Of a stretch of DNA of 64,000 nucleotides, positions 21,725 through 33,037 are shown piece after piece. This stretch comes from an uncultured delta proteobacterium (GTDB taxonomy: Bacteria > Myxococcota > Myxococcia > Myxococcales > Myxococcaceae). How positions within the stretch are numbered: position 1 is the first letter of the stretch; each line of letters begins with the position of its first letter. Under the pieces are notes generated by a model. The model was not told the DNA's origin. It ran no database searches and was given only the letters and a program-made list of their open reading frames with translations. The stretch is from assembly GCA_963771175.1 (NCBI GenBank), contig CAVYSY010000007.1, positions 32,001-96,000 on the forward strand. Direction: 5' to 3'. Both the position numbers and the translations under genes were made by a program.

Positions 21725-23935
21725 ATGCTCACCATCCCCGTCCCGCCGCTATGTGCTGAGCCCGACCCCCTCTCCCCCCCACTGAAATACCTGCTCGCCC
21801 TCTACCCCCGTGCCCGCGAGGCGGAGGAGCGGCTGCGAGAGCTACAGGCGCTGCTGACGTCGGCCCAGCCCCTGGCGCCGCTCGCGACGCGCATGACGTG
21901 GCTGGAGGAGCTGGCCCGCTGGCTCCAGGCGCGCGGAGCCACGCTGTCGCGGCGCGGGCAACTGGCGCCAGTGGAGTCCTCGGGCTCGGCGCGCCTGCGG
22001 CTGCTGCTGGAGGTGCTCGGCGAGGTGCCCGAGTGGTGCGAGGCCTTGCGGGGTGTCATCGCATCGGTGCTCGCCGAGACGTCGGCGCGGAAGCTGTTCA
22101 CCGAGCCGGGCCTGTCCTCCGGCCGGGGCCTCCTGGGGGACGCCGCGGCGCGGCTCGGTCAGCGGCTCGTGCCCCCCGCGCCGGACGAGCGGGACCTGGC
22201 GTCGCTGGTCTGGCGCCTGTTCCCGGGGGAGGAAGGCGCCGCGTGGCTGGACGAGCTGTCCGAGCAGCCCGTGGCGGCCCTCTGTGCCCTGCTGGGTGCG
22301 CCGTCCTTCGCCCCGTTGGGGGCGGCGGTGGAGGACGCGGTGGTGGTGCTCGCCGCGCGGGCGAGCGCCCTCGGCCTGGCGGGGGACGTGCTGGCGCGGC
22401 TCCCCCCGGGGCCCGTCGCGCAGTCCCCCTTCGTCCGCCTGCCGCGCGCCTGCGAGGCACTGCGGGGAGCGGTGCGCGCGCGCGCGGAGGGGCTCGCGAT
22501 GCGGCGGGGGCGAGAGGCCTGCGCCGAGGCCATTGGAGACTGCCGCGCCGCCGCGCAGGCGGTGTTGCACCGCATGCATGCGGACGCGGTGGACACCGAC
22601 CTCGTCTACCGGCTCCAGCAGCTCGGCCACACGCTGGACCGGCTGGAGTCACTGCTGTGGCTGCTGGCCCCGGACAGCCCTGGCGCCACGCCGTGCGCCG
22701 CCACCCGACTGCTCTCGTCCCTGGTCCATGAGCACGAGAGGGAGCGCAGCGTGGCCGGGCTGTTCCGCAACAGCATGCGCTACATCTCCCGGCGCATCTT
22801 CGAGCACACGGGGGAGGTGGGCCGCCACTACATCACCACCAGCCAGGACGAGTACCACCAGATGGTGAGCGCGGCGGCGGGTGGGGGGCTGATCACCACC
22901 GTCACCGCGGCGCTCAAGCTGTGCATCACCTTCGCGGCGCTGCCGCTCTTCTTCGAAGGGCTGGCGGCCGCCACCAACTACGCCCTCAGCTTCATGCTCA
23001 TCCAGGTGCTCGGCTTCACCCTGTCCACCAAGCAGCCCTCCATGACGGCCGCGGCCCTGGCGGTCTCGATGGACGTGAAGGCCGGCGACAAGGGGATGCG
23101 CAGCCTGGTGGAGCAGCTCGCCTGCATCACCCGGTCCCAGCTCGCCTCGGTGCTCGGCAACCTCGGCGCGGTGGTGGCCGCCGGCACCCTCGTGGGGCTC
23201 CTCCTCCAGGCGCTCTGGGGCCGACCCCTGCTGGAGGTGCACCAGGCGGAGTACGTGGTGCGCTCACTCCACCCGCTGCGCAGCGGCACGCTGTTCTTCG
23301 CCGCCCTCACGGGGGTGCTGCTGTGGTGCTCGAGCGTCTTGGGCGGCTGGCTGGAGAACTGGGTGCAGTACCGGCGCCTGCCGGAGGCACTCGCGCGCCA
23401 TCGCGGCCTCATCCGCATGCTGGGCGAGGCGCGGGCGAAGTGGCTGGGCGAGGCCCTCGCGCGCAACGCGTGCGGCCTGGGCGCCAATGTCGGCCTGGGC
23501 CTGCTGCTGGGCATGACGCCCGCGGTGGGCCGCTTCTTCGGCCTGTCGCTGGACGTGCGGCACGTCACCCTCAGCGCCGGCATGCTCACCTTCGCGGGCT
23601 CGGCACTGGGGCCCGAGCGGCTGCTGGAGTCGGACTTCCTCTGGGCGGTGGTGGGCCTCGCCCTGGTGGGGGTGGTCAACCTGACGGTGAGCTTCTCGCT
23701 GGGGCTCTTCGCGGCGGTGCGAGCGCGGGGCCTGGAGCCGGTGGGCTTCCTGTGCCTGGCCTTCGCGGTCCTCGCCGGAGGCATCCGCTCCCTCTCCGGC
23801 TTCATCCTCCCGCCGCCGAACCCGCTCCTGCCGGTCCGTCGCCCCGACTCGCCCTACAGCGTGCGGTCCGCCGCGCGCCCTCGCTCCGCGACCCTCCGCG
23901 AGAGGCCGCACGACGCCGACTCCCGGCTCGCCTAG
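21725..23935 (+). CDS. Gcr-like 'site-specific recombinase' family membrane protein
   Basis: GRHYIT, AAAGGG, FTLSTKQPSMTA, RSQLASVLGN, LDVRHVTLS; multi-TM C-terminal half. Confidence 0.8.
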   Translation: MLTIPVPPLCAEPDPLSPPLKYLLALYPRAREAEERLRELQALLTSAQPLAPLATRMTWLEELARWLQARGATLSRRGQLAPVESSGSARLRLLLEVLGEVPEWCEALRGVIASVLAETSARKLFTEPGLSSGRGLLGDAAARLGQRLVPPAPDERDLASLVWRLFPGEEGAAWLDELSEQPVAALCALLGAPSFAPLGAAVEDAVVVLAARASALGLAGDVLARLPPGPVAQSPFVRLPRACEALRGAVRARAEGLAMRRGREACAEAIGDCRAAAQAVLHRMHADAVDTDLVYRLQQLGHTLDRLESLLWLLAPDSPGATPCAATRLLSSLVHEHERERSVAGLFRNSMRYISRRIFEHTGEVGRHYITTSQDEYHQMVSAAAGGGLITTVTAALKLCITFAALPLFFEGLAAATNYALSFMLIQVLGFTLSTKQPSMTAAALAVSMDVKAGDKGMRSLVEQLACITRSQLASVLGNLGAVVAAGTLVGLLLQALWGRPLLEVHQAEYVVRSLHPLRSGTLFFAALTGVLLWCSSVLGGWLENWVQYRRLPEALARHRGLIRMLGEARAKWLGEALARNACGLGANVGLGLLLGMTPAVGRFFGLSLDVRHVTLSAGMLTFAGSALGPERLLESDFLWAVVGLALVGVVNLTVSFSLGLFAAVRARGLEPVGFLCLAFAVLAGGIRSLSGFILPPPNPLLPVRRPDSPYSVRSAARPRSATLRERPHDADSRLA

Positions 23936-23956
23936 GCCCTGTCCGAGGCTCGACTC

Positions 23957-25066
<1,110 letters not shown>

Positions 25067-25159
25067 GTAAGCTGGCGCTGTCCCAAACGAACCCCGGAGG
25101 AGCCGCCACAGGGGAGGGCGCTCCCCCGGCCGCTTCATGTGGGAGCGCTCAGACCCTGT

Positions 25160-26065
25160 TCACATCGTGCGCCTGGCCAGCTCCTTGGCCGCGTCCACGA
25201 AGAGGCGCAGCGCCGGGGAGCGCTGCGCACGGCTGGGGAAGTAGAGGAAGAAGCCGGGCACCGTGGGCGCGTAGGGCTCGAGCACCCGCTGCAGCCGCCC
25301 GGTGCGTAGCTGCTCCGCCACCATCGGCTCGAAGGCGTACGCCAGCCCCAGGCCCTGCTCCGCCAGGGACACGCTCAGCGGGTTGTCGTTGGTGACCACG
25401 CCCCCGCGCACCGGCACGCGCCACGTCCTGCGGCCCCGCTCCAGCTCCCACGCGTAGAGCGCCCCGGTGGTCCGCGAGCGGAAGGTGATGCACTCGTGGC
25501 GCAGGAGGTCCTCGGGCCGCTGGGGCGTGCCGTGGCGCGCGAGGTAGCCGGGCGCGCCCACCACCACGAAGCGGAACGCGTCGGTGAGCCGCACCTGCAC
25601 CATGTCGCGCTCGATGGCCTCGCTCAGCCGCACGCCCGCGTCGTAGCCCTCCGCCACGATGTCCACGAAGCGCTCCTCGATGACGACCTCGACCTCGATC
25701 CGCGGGTGACGCGCGCGAAAGGTGGGGACCACCGGGGTGATGACGAAGGGCACCGCCGCCCGCGGCACCGACAGCCGGACCCGGCCCACCGCCTCTCCCG
25801 GTCGAGCGGAGACCTCGGTGAGGGCGGCGAGCGCCTGTCCCAGCGCCGGACCCGCGCCCTCCACGAGCCGCCTGCCCGCCTCCGTCAGCGACACGCTGCG
25901 CGTCGTGCGGGTGAGCAGCACCACGCGCAGCTGCTCCTCGAGCTGCCGCACCGCCTGGCTCACCGCGGAGGTGGAGACGCCGAGCTCGCGCGCCGCGCCG
26001 CTGAAGCTGCGCAGGCGCGCCACGGCGAGGAACACCTGGAGCTGCGGGAGGGGAGCCGTATTCAT
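25160..26065 (-). CDS. LysR family regulator (CrgA/PgrR-like)
   Basis: SFSGAARELGVSTSAVSQAVRQLE...LTRTTRSVSLTEAG; DIVAEGYDAGVR. Confidence 0.96.
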   Translation of the reverse strand: MNTAPLPQLQVFLAVARLRSFSGAARELGVSTSAVSQAVRQLEEQLRVVLLTRTTRSVSLTEAGRRLVEGAGPALGQALAALTEVSARPGEAVGRVRLSVPRAAVPFVITPVVPTFRARHPRIEVEVVIEERFVDIVAEGYDAGVRLSEAIERDMVQVRLTDAFRFVVVGAPGYLARHGTPQRPEDLLRHECITFRSRTTGALYAWELERGRRTWRVPVRGGVVTNDNPLSVSLAEQGLGLAYAFEPMVAEQLRTGRLQRVLEPYAPTVPGFFLYFPSRAQRSPALRLFVDAAKELARRTM

Positions 26066-26134
26066 TGCGAGAGTACCTTCCGGGCCGGGCCACCAGCACC
26101 GGCACGAATGCAACGACACTACCGAGGAGCTCAA

Positions 26135-26250
26135 GCCTCACTGTTAAGCATTGCTTAAGAGCCTATTGACTCCCTGGCACGTAGTCATCCGAGGCCTCGG
26201 GGCGTATTTCTCTTCGTGAACGGGGCGCCACGGCCCCGAACCCACGGAGC
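26135..26250 (+). promoter_or_regulatory. Divergent LysR/ADH promoter with palindromic operator (copy B)
   Basis: Perfect palindrome TTAAGCA-T-TGCTTAA at 26144..26158 (T-N11-A), followed by TTGACT -35-like hexamer. Confidence 0.8.
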
Positions 26251-26261
26251 TCTGGAGAAAC

Positions 26262-27321
26262 ATGCTCACCGTCAATGCCTACGCGGCCACGGCCGCGACG
26301 AAGCCCCTCGGTCCGACGACCATCCAGCGTCGTGACCTCGGCCCGCACGACGTCCTCATCGAGATCAAGTTCTGCGGCATCTGCCACTCCGACATCCACC
26401 ACTCTCGCGGTGAGTGGGGTTCGGTGGCCTACCCCGTCGTCCCCGGCCATGAGATCGCCGGGATCGTCGCCCAGGTCGGCTCCAAGGTCACCAGGCATGC
26501 CGTCGGCGACCGCGTCGGCGTCGGCTGCCTGGTCGACTCCTGTGGCGAGTGCGCGAGCTGCCGCAAGGGCGAGGAGCAGCACTGCCTCAAGGGGTTCACC
26601 GGGACCTACGGCGGCATCGGGAAGGACGGCCAGCTCACCCAGGGCGGCTATTCCACCCACATCGTCGTGACCGAGGACTTCGTCCTCAAGATTCCCGAGG
26701 GCATCGGGCTCGACGCCGCCGCGCCGCTGCTGTGCGCCGGCATCACGACGTACGCGCCGCTGCGCCATTGGGGCGCCGGCCCCGGCAAGAAGGTGGCCGT
26801 CGTCGGTCTGGGCGGGCTCGGGCACATGGCCGTGAAGCTCGCGCACGCGATGGGTGCCGAGGTCACCGTCCTGTCGCAGTCGCTGAACAAGAAGGAGGAC
26901 GGCCTGCGCCTCGGTGCGGACCACTACTACGCCACGAAGGATCCGGAGACGTTCAAGAAGCTCGCCGGCTCGTTCGACCTCATCGTGAACACGGTGAGCG
27001 CGAAGATCGACCTCGACGCCTACCTGTCGCCTGCTGGCCCTGGACGGCGCCCTGGTCAACGTGGGCGCACCCGCGGAGCCGCTCTCCGTCAACGTGTTCT
27101 CCCTCATCATGACCCGCCGGTCGTTCGCGGGTTCGCTGATCGGCGGCATCCGCCAGACCCAGGAGATGCTGGACTTCTGCGCCAGGCACCGCATCGGCGC
27201 CGACATCGAGGTCATCCCGGCCAGCAAGATCAACGAGGCCTACGAGCGAGTGCTCGCCTCCGACGTCCGGTACCGGTTCGTGATCGACACCGCGACACTG
27301 AGGTACGGCAATCCGCCGTGA
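26262..27321 (+). CDS. Zn-dependent NAD(P) alcohol dehydrogenase (CAD/YahK-like), frameshift near 27030
   Basis: CGICHSD, GHEIAG, CGECASC...C, LLCAGIT, GLGGLG; C-terminus DVRYRFVID in second frame. Confidence 0.93.
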
Positions 27322-27345
27322 GGAACGCACATGGTTTGGGAAGAA

Positions 27346-27362
27346 GCAGCCCTGAGGGCTGC
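27346..27362. terminator. Hairpin between convergent ADH and dapD
   Basis: GCAGCCC-TGA-GGGCTGC followed on the minus strand by TTCTT. Confidence 0.45.
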
Positions 27363-27386
27363 CCCGCCGACGTTTTGAATCCGCGC

Positions 27387-28211
27387 CTACACCGGCACCG
27401 CGAAGTCGCGCAGCGCCGCGTTGAGGCTCGTCTTCTTGTCGGTGCTCTCCTTGCGCTGCCCGATGATGAGGGCGCACGGCACCATGTAGCTGCCGGCCGG
27501 GAACTTCTTCTCCTTCATGCCCGGAATCACCACGCTGCGCGCCGGCACCCGCCCCTTGTAGACCTTCTCCTCGGGGCCGGTGACGTCGATGATGGGAGTG
27601 GAGGCCGTCAGCACCACGTTGGCGCCCAGCACCGCCTCCTCCTCCACCACCACGCCCTCCACCACGATGCAGCGGCTGCCGATGAAGGCCCTGTCCTCGA
27701 TGATGACCGGCGAGGCCGTGGGCGGCTCGAGCACCCCGCCCAGCCCCACGCCACCCGACAGGTGCACGTCACGGCCCACCTGCGCGCAACTGCCCACCGT
27801 GGCCCACGTGTCCACCATCGTCCCCGCGCCCACCCGCGCGCCGATGTTCACGTAGCCGGGCATCACCACCGCCCCGCGCTCCACGAACGCCCCGTAGCGC
27901 ACCACCCCCGGCGGCACCACCCGCACGCCCGCCGCCTCCAGCCCCTTCTTCAGCGGAATCTTGTCGAAGAACTCGAAGGGCTCCACCTCCATCACCTTCA
28001 TCTCCGAGATGGCGAAGAACAGGAGGATGGCCTCCTTCACCCAGGCATTCACCTTCCAGCCCTCGGGCCCCTTCTCCGCGACCCGCAGCTCGCCCGCGTC
28101 CAGCAGCGTGAGCGTCTCGCGCACCGCCGCGACGTACTCGGCTTCCTTCAACTTCGCCCGGTCCGCGAAGGCCGCGGACACCTTCTGAGAGAGACTCTCG
28201 GTGGAGGACAT
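27387..28211 (-). CDS. dapD: Tetrahydrodipicolinate N-succinyltransferase
   Basis: [54 protein letters not shown]. Confidence 0.96.
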   Translation of the reverse strand: MSSTESLSQKVSAAFADRAKLKEAEYVAAVRETLTLLDAGELRVAEKGPEGWKVNAWVKEAILLFFAISEMKVMEVEPFEFFDKIPLKKGLEAAGVRVVPPGVVRYGAFVERGAVVMPGYVNIGARVGAGTMVDTWATVGSCAQVGRDVHLSGGVGLGGVLEPPTASPVIIEDRAFIGSRCIVVEGVVVEEEAVLGANVVLTASTPIIDVTGPEEKVYKGRVPARSVVIPGMKEKKFPAGSYMVPCALIIGQRKESTDKKTSLNAALRDFAVPV

Positions 28212-28253
28212 GGCCGCTCCTTCAAGCACGAAACGCCGCGCACCGCACCATCC

Positions 28254-28589
28254 TCATGCGTGGGCCTGTTGGCCGACGGCGGTCATCCCCGGACTCGGGG
28301 GCTCCGCCAGCGGGTACACCGCCGTGATGATCTCCCGGTCCAGCCGGTCTCCCACCGGCTCCACCGCCGCGTGGGCCCGGCCCGAGACGTACACGCCGAG
28401 CCCCGTCACCCGCTGCACGTGCGACAGGGGCACCGCCCACAGCTTGCGCGAGAAGCGCCGACGCACGAAGAGCACCGTCTCTCCGATGCACTTCACCTTC
28501 CCGAGCACCGTCCCGTCCTCGTCTCGCACCTTCATCGCGTGCTGAATCGAGCGCCGCTCGAACGGGGATTCCATCCAGTCCACCGCCAT
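28254..28589 (-). CDS. Small DUF2171/PRC-barrel-like protein
   Basis: [18 protein letters not shown]...VPLSHVQRV; similar to 39358..39594. Confidence 0.55.
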   Translation of the reverse strand: MAVDWMESPFERRSIQHAMKVRDEDGTVLGKVKCIGETVLFVRRRFSRKLWAVPLSHVQRVTGLGVYVSGRAHAAVEPVGDRLDREIITAVYPLAEPPSPGMTAVGQQAHA

Positions 28590-28707
28590 GGCCGCACCTC
28601 CACTCGCACAAGGTGAGGTCCCGGGCGGCCCGAGGGGAGCACGACACCGGGTAGCGGGCCCCCGGCCGCCCGCACGCCACGAGGCACGGGCGGACCGGGA
28701 GGGACGG

Positions 28708-28941
28708 CTAGCGGCCGAGTTCCTTGGCCACCGCGTCCACTACCTGCTGATCGGTGGGAAAGCCGAGCGACTCCTTCCGCAACACCGTCTTGCCATCCAC
28801 GGCGATCTCGAAGCTCCCCGAAGGTCCCACCTTCAGCTCCGAGTCCAACTCCAGGTCCTTCTTCAGCGCGGCCGCCGCACGGACGGCCCGAGGCTTGTAG
28901 CCTCAACCACTGCAATAGGTGATGGTGATACGAGCGGCCAT
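28708..28941 (-). CDS. SelT/SelW/SelH (Rdx) family selenoprotein, TGA codon 13 (28903..28905)
   Basis: AAGGAGG RBS; MAARITITYCSG-TGA-GYKPRAVRAAAALKKDLELDSELKVGPSGSFEIAVDGKTVLRKESLGFPTDQQVVDAVAKELGR*; family motifs continue in frame after the TGA. Confidence 0.9.
28870..28888 (-). promoter_or_regulatory. Candidate bacterial SECIS hairpin
   Basis: mRNA GGCCGUC-CGUGC-GGCGGCC; loop starts 22 nt after the UGA with G at loop position 2. Confidence 0.6.
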
Positions 28942-29051
28942 GTCGGGCCTCCTTCTGGGTGTAGGGATTGAAATAACGAACGACGAGCGGCGTGCAAGCG
29001 GACAACCCATTCCAGGCCAGGAATCCATTGACGCCCGGGCGCCTCGGGGCC

Positions 29052-30500
29052 ATGCAGGCCCCCATGTCCTCCCCTCGCCCGAGTCTCGCCGCCGCCTACG
29101 ACCCCGAGCACTTCCGCCGCCTGGGACACCGGCTGGTGGACCAGCTCGCCGACCACCTCGCCCGGGCCACCCGTCGCGAGGGGCCCGTGCTGCCCTGGGC
29201 CCCGCCCGCCACCAACGTCGAGCGCTTCCCCGCGGACTTCCCCGAGGAGCCCTCTGGCGACTTCCCGGCCCTCGTCTCGCGCGTCCTCGAGGCCTCGCAC
29301 CACCTGCACCACCCGCATTACGTGGGCCACCAGGTGTCCGCCCCCCTCCCCCTGGCCGCCCTCAGCGACTTCGCCTCCTCGCTCCTCAACAACGGCATGG
29401 CCGTCTACGAGATGGGCCCCGTCGCCACCGCCATGGAGCACAACGTGCTGCGCTGGATGGCCGGAGTGCTCGGCCTGCCCGAGGGCGCGGGCGGCGTGCT
29501 CACCTCGGGGGGCTCGGCCGGCAACCTCACCGCCCTGCTCGCCGCGCGCCAGGCGAAGGCCGGCCATGACGCCTGGAACGGAGGCGCCACCGCCGGGCCG
29601 CCCCTCACCGTGCTCGTCCCCGAGACAACCCACTACTGCGTCTCGCGCGCCACCCGGGTCATGGGCTGGGGCGCCGAGGGCGTCACCCCCGTCCCCGTGG
29701 ACGCGCACTACCGGCTGCGCCCCGAGGCCCTGGAGGACGCGCTCGCCGCCGCGAAGCGTGCCGGCCGCCGCCCCATCGCCGTGGTGGCCAGCGCGGGCTC
29801 CACCGCCACCGGCGCCTTCGACCCGCTCGAGGCCGTGGCCGACTTCTGCGAGAAGCACGGCCTGTGGTTCCACGTGGACGGAGCCCATGGCGCCTCGGCC
29901 GCGCTCAGCCCCAGCTACCGCCACCGGGTGAAGGGGATTGAGCGCGCCGACTCGGTGGTGTGGGACGCGCACAAGCTGATGATGATGCCGGCGCTCATCA
30001 CCGCCGTGCTCTTCCGCGACGCGAGCCGCTCCTTCGAGGCCTTCGCCCAGGAGGCCTCCTACCTCTTCCACGGACAGGACTCCCGCCGCTGGAGCGACGT
30101 GGCGCTGCGCACCCTGGAGTGCACCAAGGAGATGATGGCGCTCAAGCTGTATGCCTGTCTCCACGTGCTCGGCACGAAGCTCTTCGCCGATTCCATCACC
30201 GACACCTTCGACCTGTCCCGCCGCTTCGCCGAGCGCCTCCAGTCCTCCGGGGACTTCGAGCTGGCCGTGCCCCCCGACTGCAACATCGTCTGCTTCCGGT
30301 ACACGCCGGAGGGTGTCCCCGCCGCGGAGCTCGACGCGCTCCAGGTGCGCCTGCGCGAGTCGCTCGTCACCAGCGGAGACTTCTACCTGGTGCAGACGAC
30401 GCTCGGCGGGCGCGTGTGGCTGCGCACCACGCTCATCAACCCGCTCACCACCGACGCGGACCTGGACGCCCTGTTGGTCGCGCTGCGCCGGGCCGCCTGA
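29052..30500 (+). CDS. Group II PLP-dependent amino acid decarboxylase
   Basis: TSGGSAGN, AGSTATGAFD, WFHVDGAHG, WDAHK (PLP lysine), NIVCFR. Confidence 0.93.
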   Translation: MQAPMSSPRPSLAAAYDPEHFRRLGHRLVDQLADHLARATRREGPVLPWAPPATNVERFPADFPEEPSGDFPALVSRVLEASHHLHHPHYVGHQVSAPLPLAALSDFASSLLNNGMAVYEMGPVATAMEHNVLRWMAGVLGLPEGAGGVLTSGGSAGNLTALLAARQAKAGHDAWNGGATAGPPLTVLVPETTHYCVSRATRVMGWGAEGVTPVPVDAHYRLRPEALEDALAAAKRAGRRPIAVVASAGSTATGAFDPLEAVADFCEKHGLWFHVDGAHGASAALSPSYRHRVKGIERADSVVWDAHKLMMMPALITAVLFRDASRSFEAFAQEASYLFHGQDSRRWSDVALRTLECTKEMMALKLYACLHVLGTKLFADSITDTFDLSRRFAERLQSSGDFELAVPPDCNIVCFRYTPEGVPAAELDALQVRLRESLVTSGDFYLVQTTLGGRVWLRTTLINPLTTDADLDALLVALRRAA

Positions 30501-30591
30501 GGGGGGGCCTGCGAGGCATTCCATGCGATGCTGACCACCCCGTGACAAACACGGGGCACGGACGTGTTACGAAGGACGAGGTCATCCATCG

Positions 30592-31704
30592 GTGGCCCGA
30601 CAGGGGTGCACGTTGGCGCAGGCGACGAAGGCGAAGTTTCTGGAGGCGGGGCCCTTTCATCAGGCTCTCAAGGCGCGGGTAGACAACTACTTCCAGGAGA
30701 GTGGGCGCTCGCAGCGCGATCTCCCGGGGATGTACGCCAAGACGGCGGCGCTGCTCGGCTGGTTCGTCGCCTCCTATCTCTTCCTCACCTTCGTGGCGTC
30801 GGGCCCGTGGAGCGCGGTGCTCGGGTGCCTGTCGCTCGGGCTGTCGATGGCCGGCATCGGCTTCAGCATCCAGCACGACGCGAACCACGGCGGTTACTCG
30901 GAGCACAAGTCCGTCAATCGCCTGCTCGCCGGGACGCTCGATATCCTCGGCGCCTCCTCCTACGTGTGGAGCTGGAAGCACAACATCTTCCACCACAGCC
31001 ATCCCAACGTGGTCGGGCTCGACGCGGACATCGACATCCAGCCCTTCTGCCGGGTCGCCCCGGGCCAGCGGCTGTACGCGGCCCATCGCTTCCAGCACTT
31101 CTACATCTGGCTGCTCTACGGGCTGCTCGCGGTGAAGTGGCACTTCGTCGATGACTACAAGGACGTGCTCACCGGCAGCGTCGGACGGCAGAAGATGCCG
31201 CGCCCCACCGGACGGAAGCTCGTCGGCGTCCTCGGCGGCAAACTGTTCTTCATCGGATGGGCCCTGGTGGTGCCGTCCCTCTTCCACCCCGTGTGGCAGG
31301 TGGTGCTCTGCTATGCCCTGACGTCGTTCATCCTCGGCGTCACGCTCGCGAGCGTCTTCCAGCTCGCGCACTGCGTGGAGGAGGCGGAGTTTCCCGAGGT
31401 GCCGCAAGACGGCGGCACCTTCACGCGCGAATGGGCGGTGCACCAGGTGGAGACGACGGTCGACTTCGCGCGGGGCAACCGGCTGGTGTGCTGGTATCTC
31501 GGCGGGCTCAACTTCCAGGTGGTACACCACCTGTTCCCCCGGGTGTGCCACCTGCATTACCCGGCGCTCTCGCGCATCGTCGAGGAGACATGCCGGGAGC
31601 ACGGGGTGCGCTACCGCGCGCAGGAGAGCGTGGGCGCTGCATTGGGAAGCCACGTGAGGTGGCTCAAGCGGATGGGTCGGCCAGCGGTCGTGGAGGCAGC
31701 GTGA
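30592..31704 (+). CDS. Membrane fatty acid (acyl-CoA) desaturase
   Basis: His boxes HDANH, HNIFHH, QVVHHLFP; start uncertain. Confidence 0.93.
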   Translation: MARQGCTLAQATKAKFLEAGPFHQALKARVDNYFQESGRSQRDLPGMYAKTAALLGWFVASYLFLTFVASGPWSAVLGCLSLGLSMAGIGFSIQHDANHGGYSEHKSVNRLLAGTLDILGASSYVWSWKHNIFHHSHPNVVGLDADIDIQPFCRVAPGQRLYAAHRFQHFYIWLLYGLLAVKWHFVDDYKDVLTGSVGRQKMPRPTGRKLVGVLGGKLFFIGWALVVPSLFHPVWQVVLCYALTSFILGVTLASVFQLAHCVEEAEFPEVPQDGGTFTREWAVHQVETTVDFARGNRLVCWYLGGLNFQVVHHLFPRVCHLHYPALSRIVEETCREHGVRYRAQESVGAALGSHVRWLKRMGRPAVVEAA

Positions 31705-32075
31705 TGAGGGATGAGAACGAGGAGCGGATCCGCTTCGGGCGTGCGCAGAAGTTCCGGCTCTCCTCGAAGGGCAACGAGGCCGTGTCGGCGTACAGCCTGA
31801 TGGTGGAGAAGGCGCGGGCGGGGGCGGGACGCGCCCAGTTCGACGCGGCCCGCACGGCGTGGAGCACCCCCCGTGGGCTCACCTCCGAGGATGGGCTCTT
31901 CCTCGTGGAGTTTGGCGTGGGGGACCGGACCATCACGGAGGCGACGCGCAGCCTCGAGGACTGCGCCAGCTCGAAGGAAGTGAAGGCCGCCGTCGAGCGG
32001 CTCCTGGAGTGCGGCATGCTCGAGCCGGTGCCCGTGCCGCCCCCTCCCCCCTCCGCGCCACGCCGTTTCTGGTAG
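31704..32075 (+). CDS. Hypothetical protein (possible winged-helix-like C-terminus)
   Basis: TGATG coupling to desaturase; MRDENEERIRFGRAQ...VERLLECGMLEP. Confidence 0.65.
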   Translation: MRDENEERIRFGRAQKFRLSSKGNEAVSAYSLMVEKARAGAGRAQFDAARTAWSTPRGLTSEDGLFLVEFGVGDRTITEATRSLEDCASSKEVKAAVERLLECGMLEPVPVPPPPPSAPRRFW

Positions 32076-32175
32076 GCGTCACGGCGGGGTACCTCCCACC
32101 CCGCCCCCGAGCCTCCCGGGGGGAGTTTGGAAGAGTCGCGCGGGGCGCGGAAATCGGGTAGAGCCCCGCTCCGCC

Positions 32176-32897
32176 ATGCTCGTCTCCGTCGTCATCCCCG
32201 TCTACAACGAGATCCCCACCCTCGCCGAAATCCTCCGCCGAGTCACCGAGGTGGACTTCCCCAAGGAGCTCGTCATCGTGGACGACTGCTCCCGCGATGG
32301 GAGCCGGGAGTTCCTGCAGCAGCTCAGCGAGAAGGGCCTGTCCGTCATCGGCGGCACCCCGCGGAACCGCAACGAGCTGCGCATCCTCTTCCAGGAGAAG
32401 AACCAGGGCAAGGGTGCCGCCCTGCGCCGCGGCTTCGCCGAGTCCGACCGGGGACATCGTCATCATCCAGGACGCGGACCTCGAGTACGACCCGCGTGAA
32501 ATCCCCCGCGTCATCCAGCCCATCATCGATGGCGACGCCGACGTCGTCTTCGGCAGCCGCTTCATCGGCACGCCCCGGCGCGTCCTCTACTTCTGGCACT
32601 CGGTCCTCAACAACGCTGCTCACCCTGCTGTCCAACATGACCAGCAACCTCAACCTCACCGACATGGAGACCTGCTACAAGGCCTTCCGCGCCGAGGTCA
32701 TCCGGTCGGTGGACATCGAGGAGGACCGCTTCGGCATCGAGCCGGAGATCACCGCCAAGGTGGCCCGCGGCGGCTGGCGCGTCTTCGAGGTGCCCATCAG
32801 CTACCACGGGCGCACCTACGAGGAGGGCAAGAAGATCGGCTGGAAGGACGGCGTCCGAGCGCTCTACGCCATCGGCAAGTACACCCTCAAGCGCTGA
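32176..32897 (+). CDS. GT2 glycosyltransferase (DPM1-like), frameshifts near 32447 and 32615
   Basis: [53 protein letters not shown]. Confidence 0.92.
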
Positions 32898-33037
32898 CGT
32901 TCCGCCCCTCTGCGGCGTCCGGCGTCCGACACCGTCGGGCGCTCGACGCCTGGAGGCCCAACCCCTCCAGGCGCCTCTCCCGCCCCGTCCTCCCGACCAG
33001 AGGTGCCCTTTTGCTCCAGGCTCCCTAGGTTCCGAGG

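Noticed and set aside
28532..29065. ORF-track frames overlapping the selenoprotein locus
   Set aside because: No motifs or RBS; the TGA-containing Rdx frame explains the region better.
30538..30556. Inverted repeat CCCCGTG-ACAAA-CACGGGG before the desaturase
   Set aside because: Short, no U-tract, single instance; cannot tell operator from chance.
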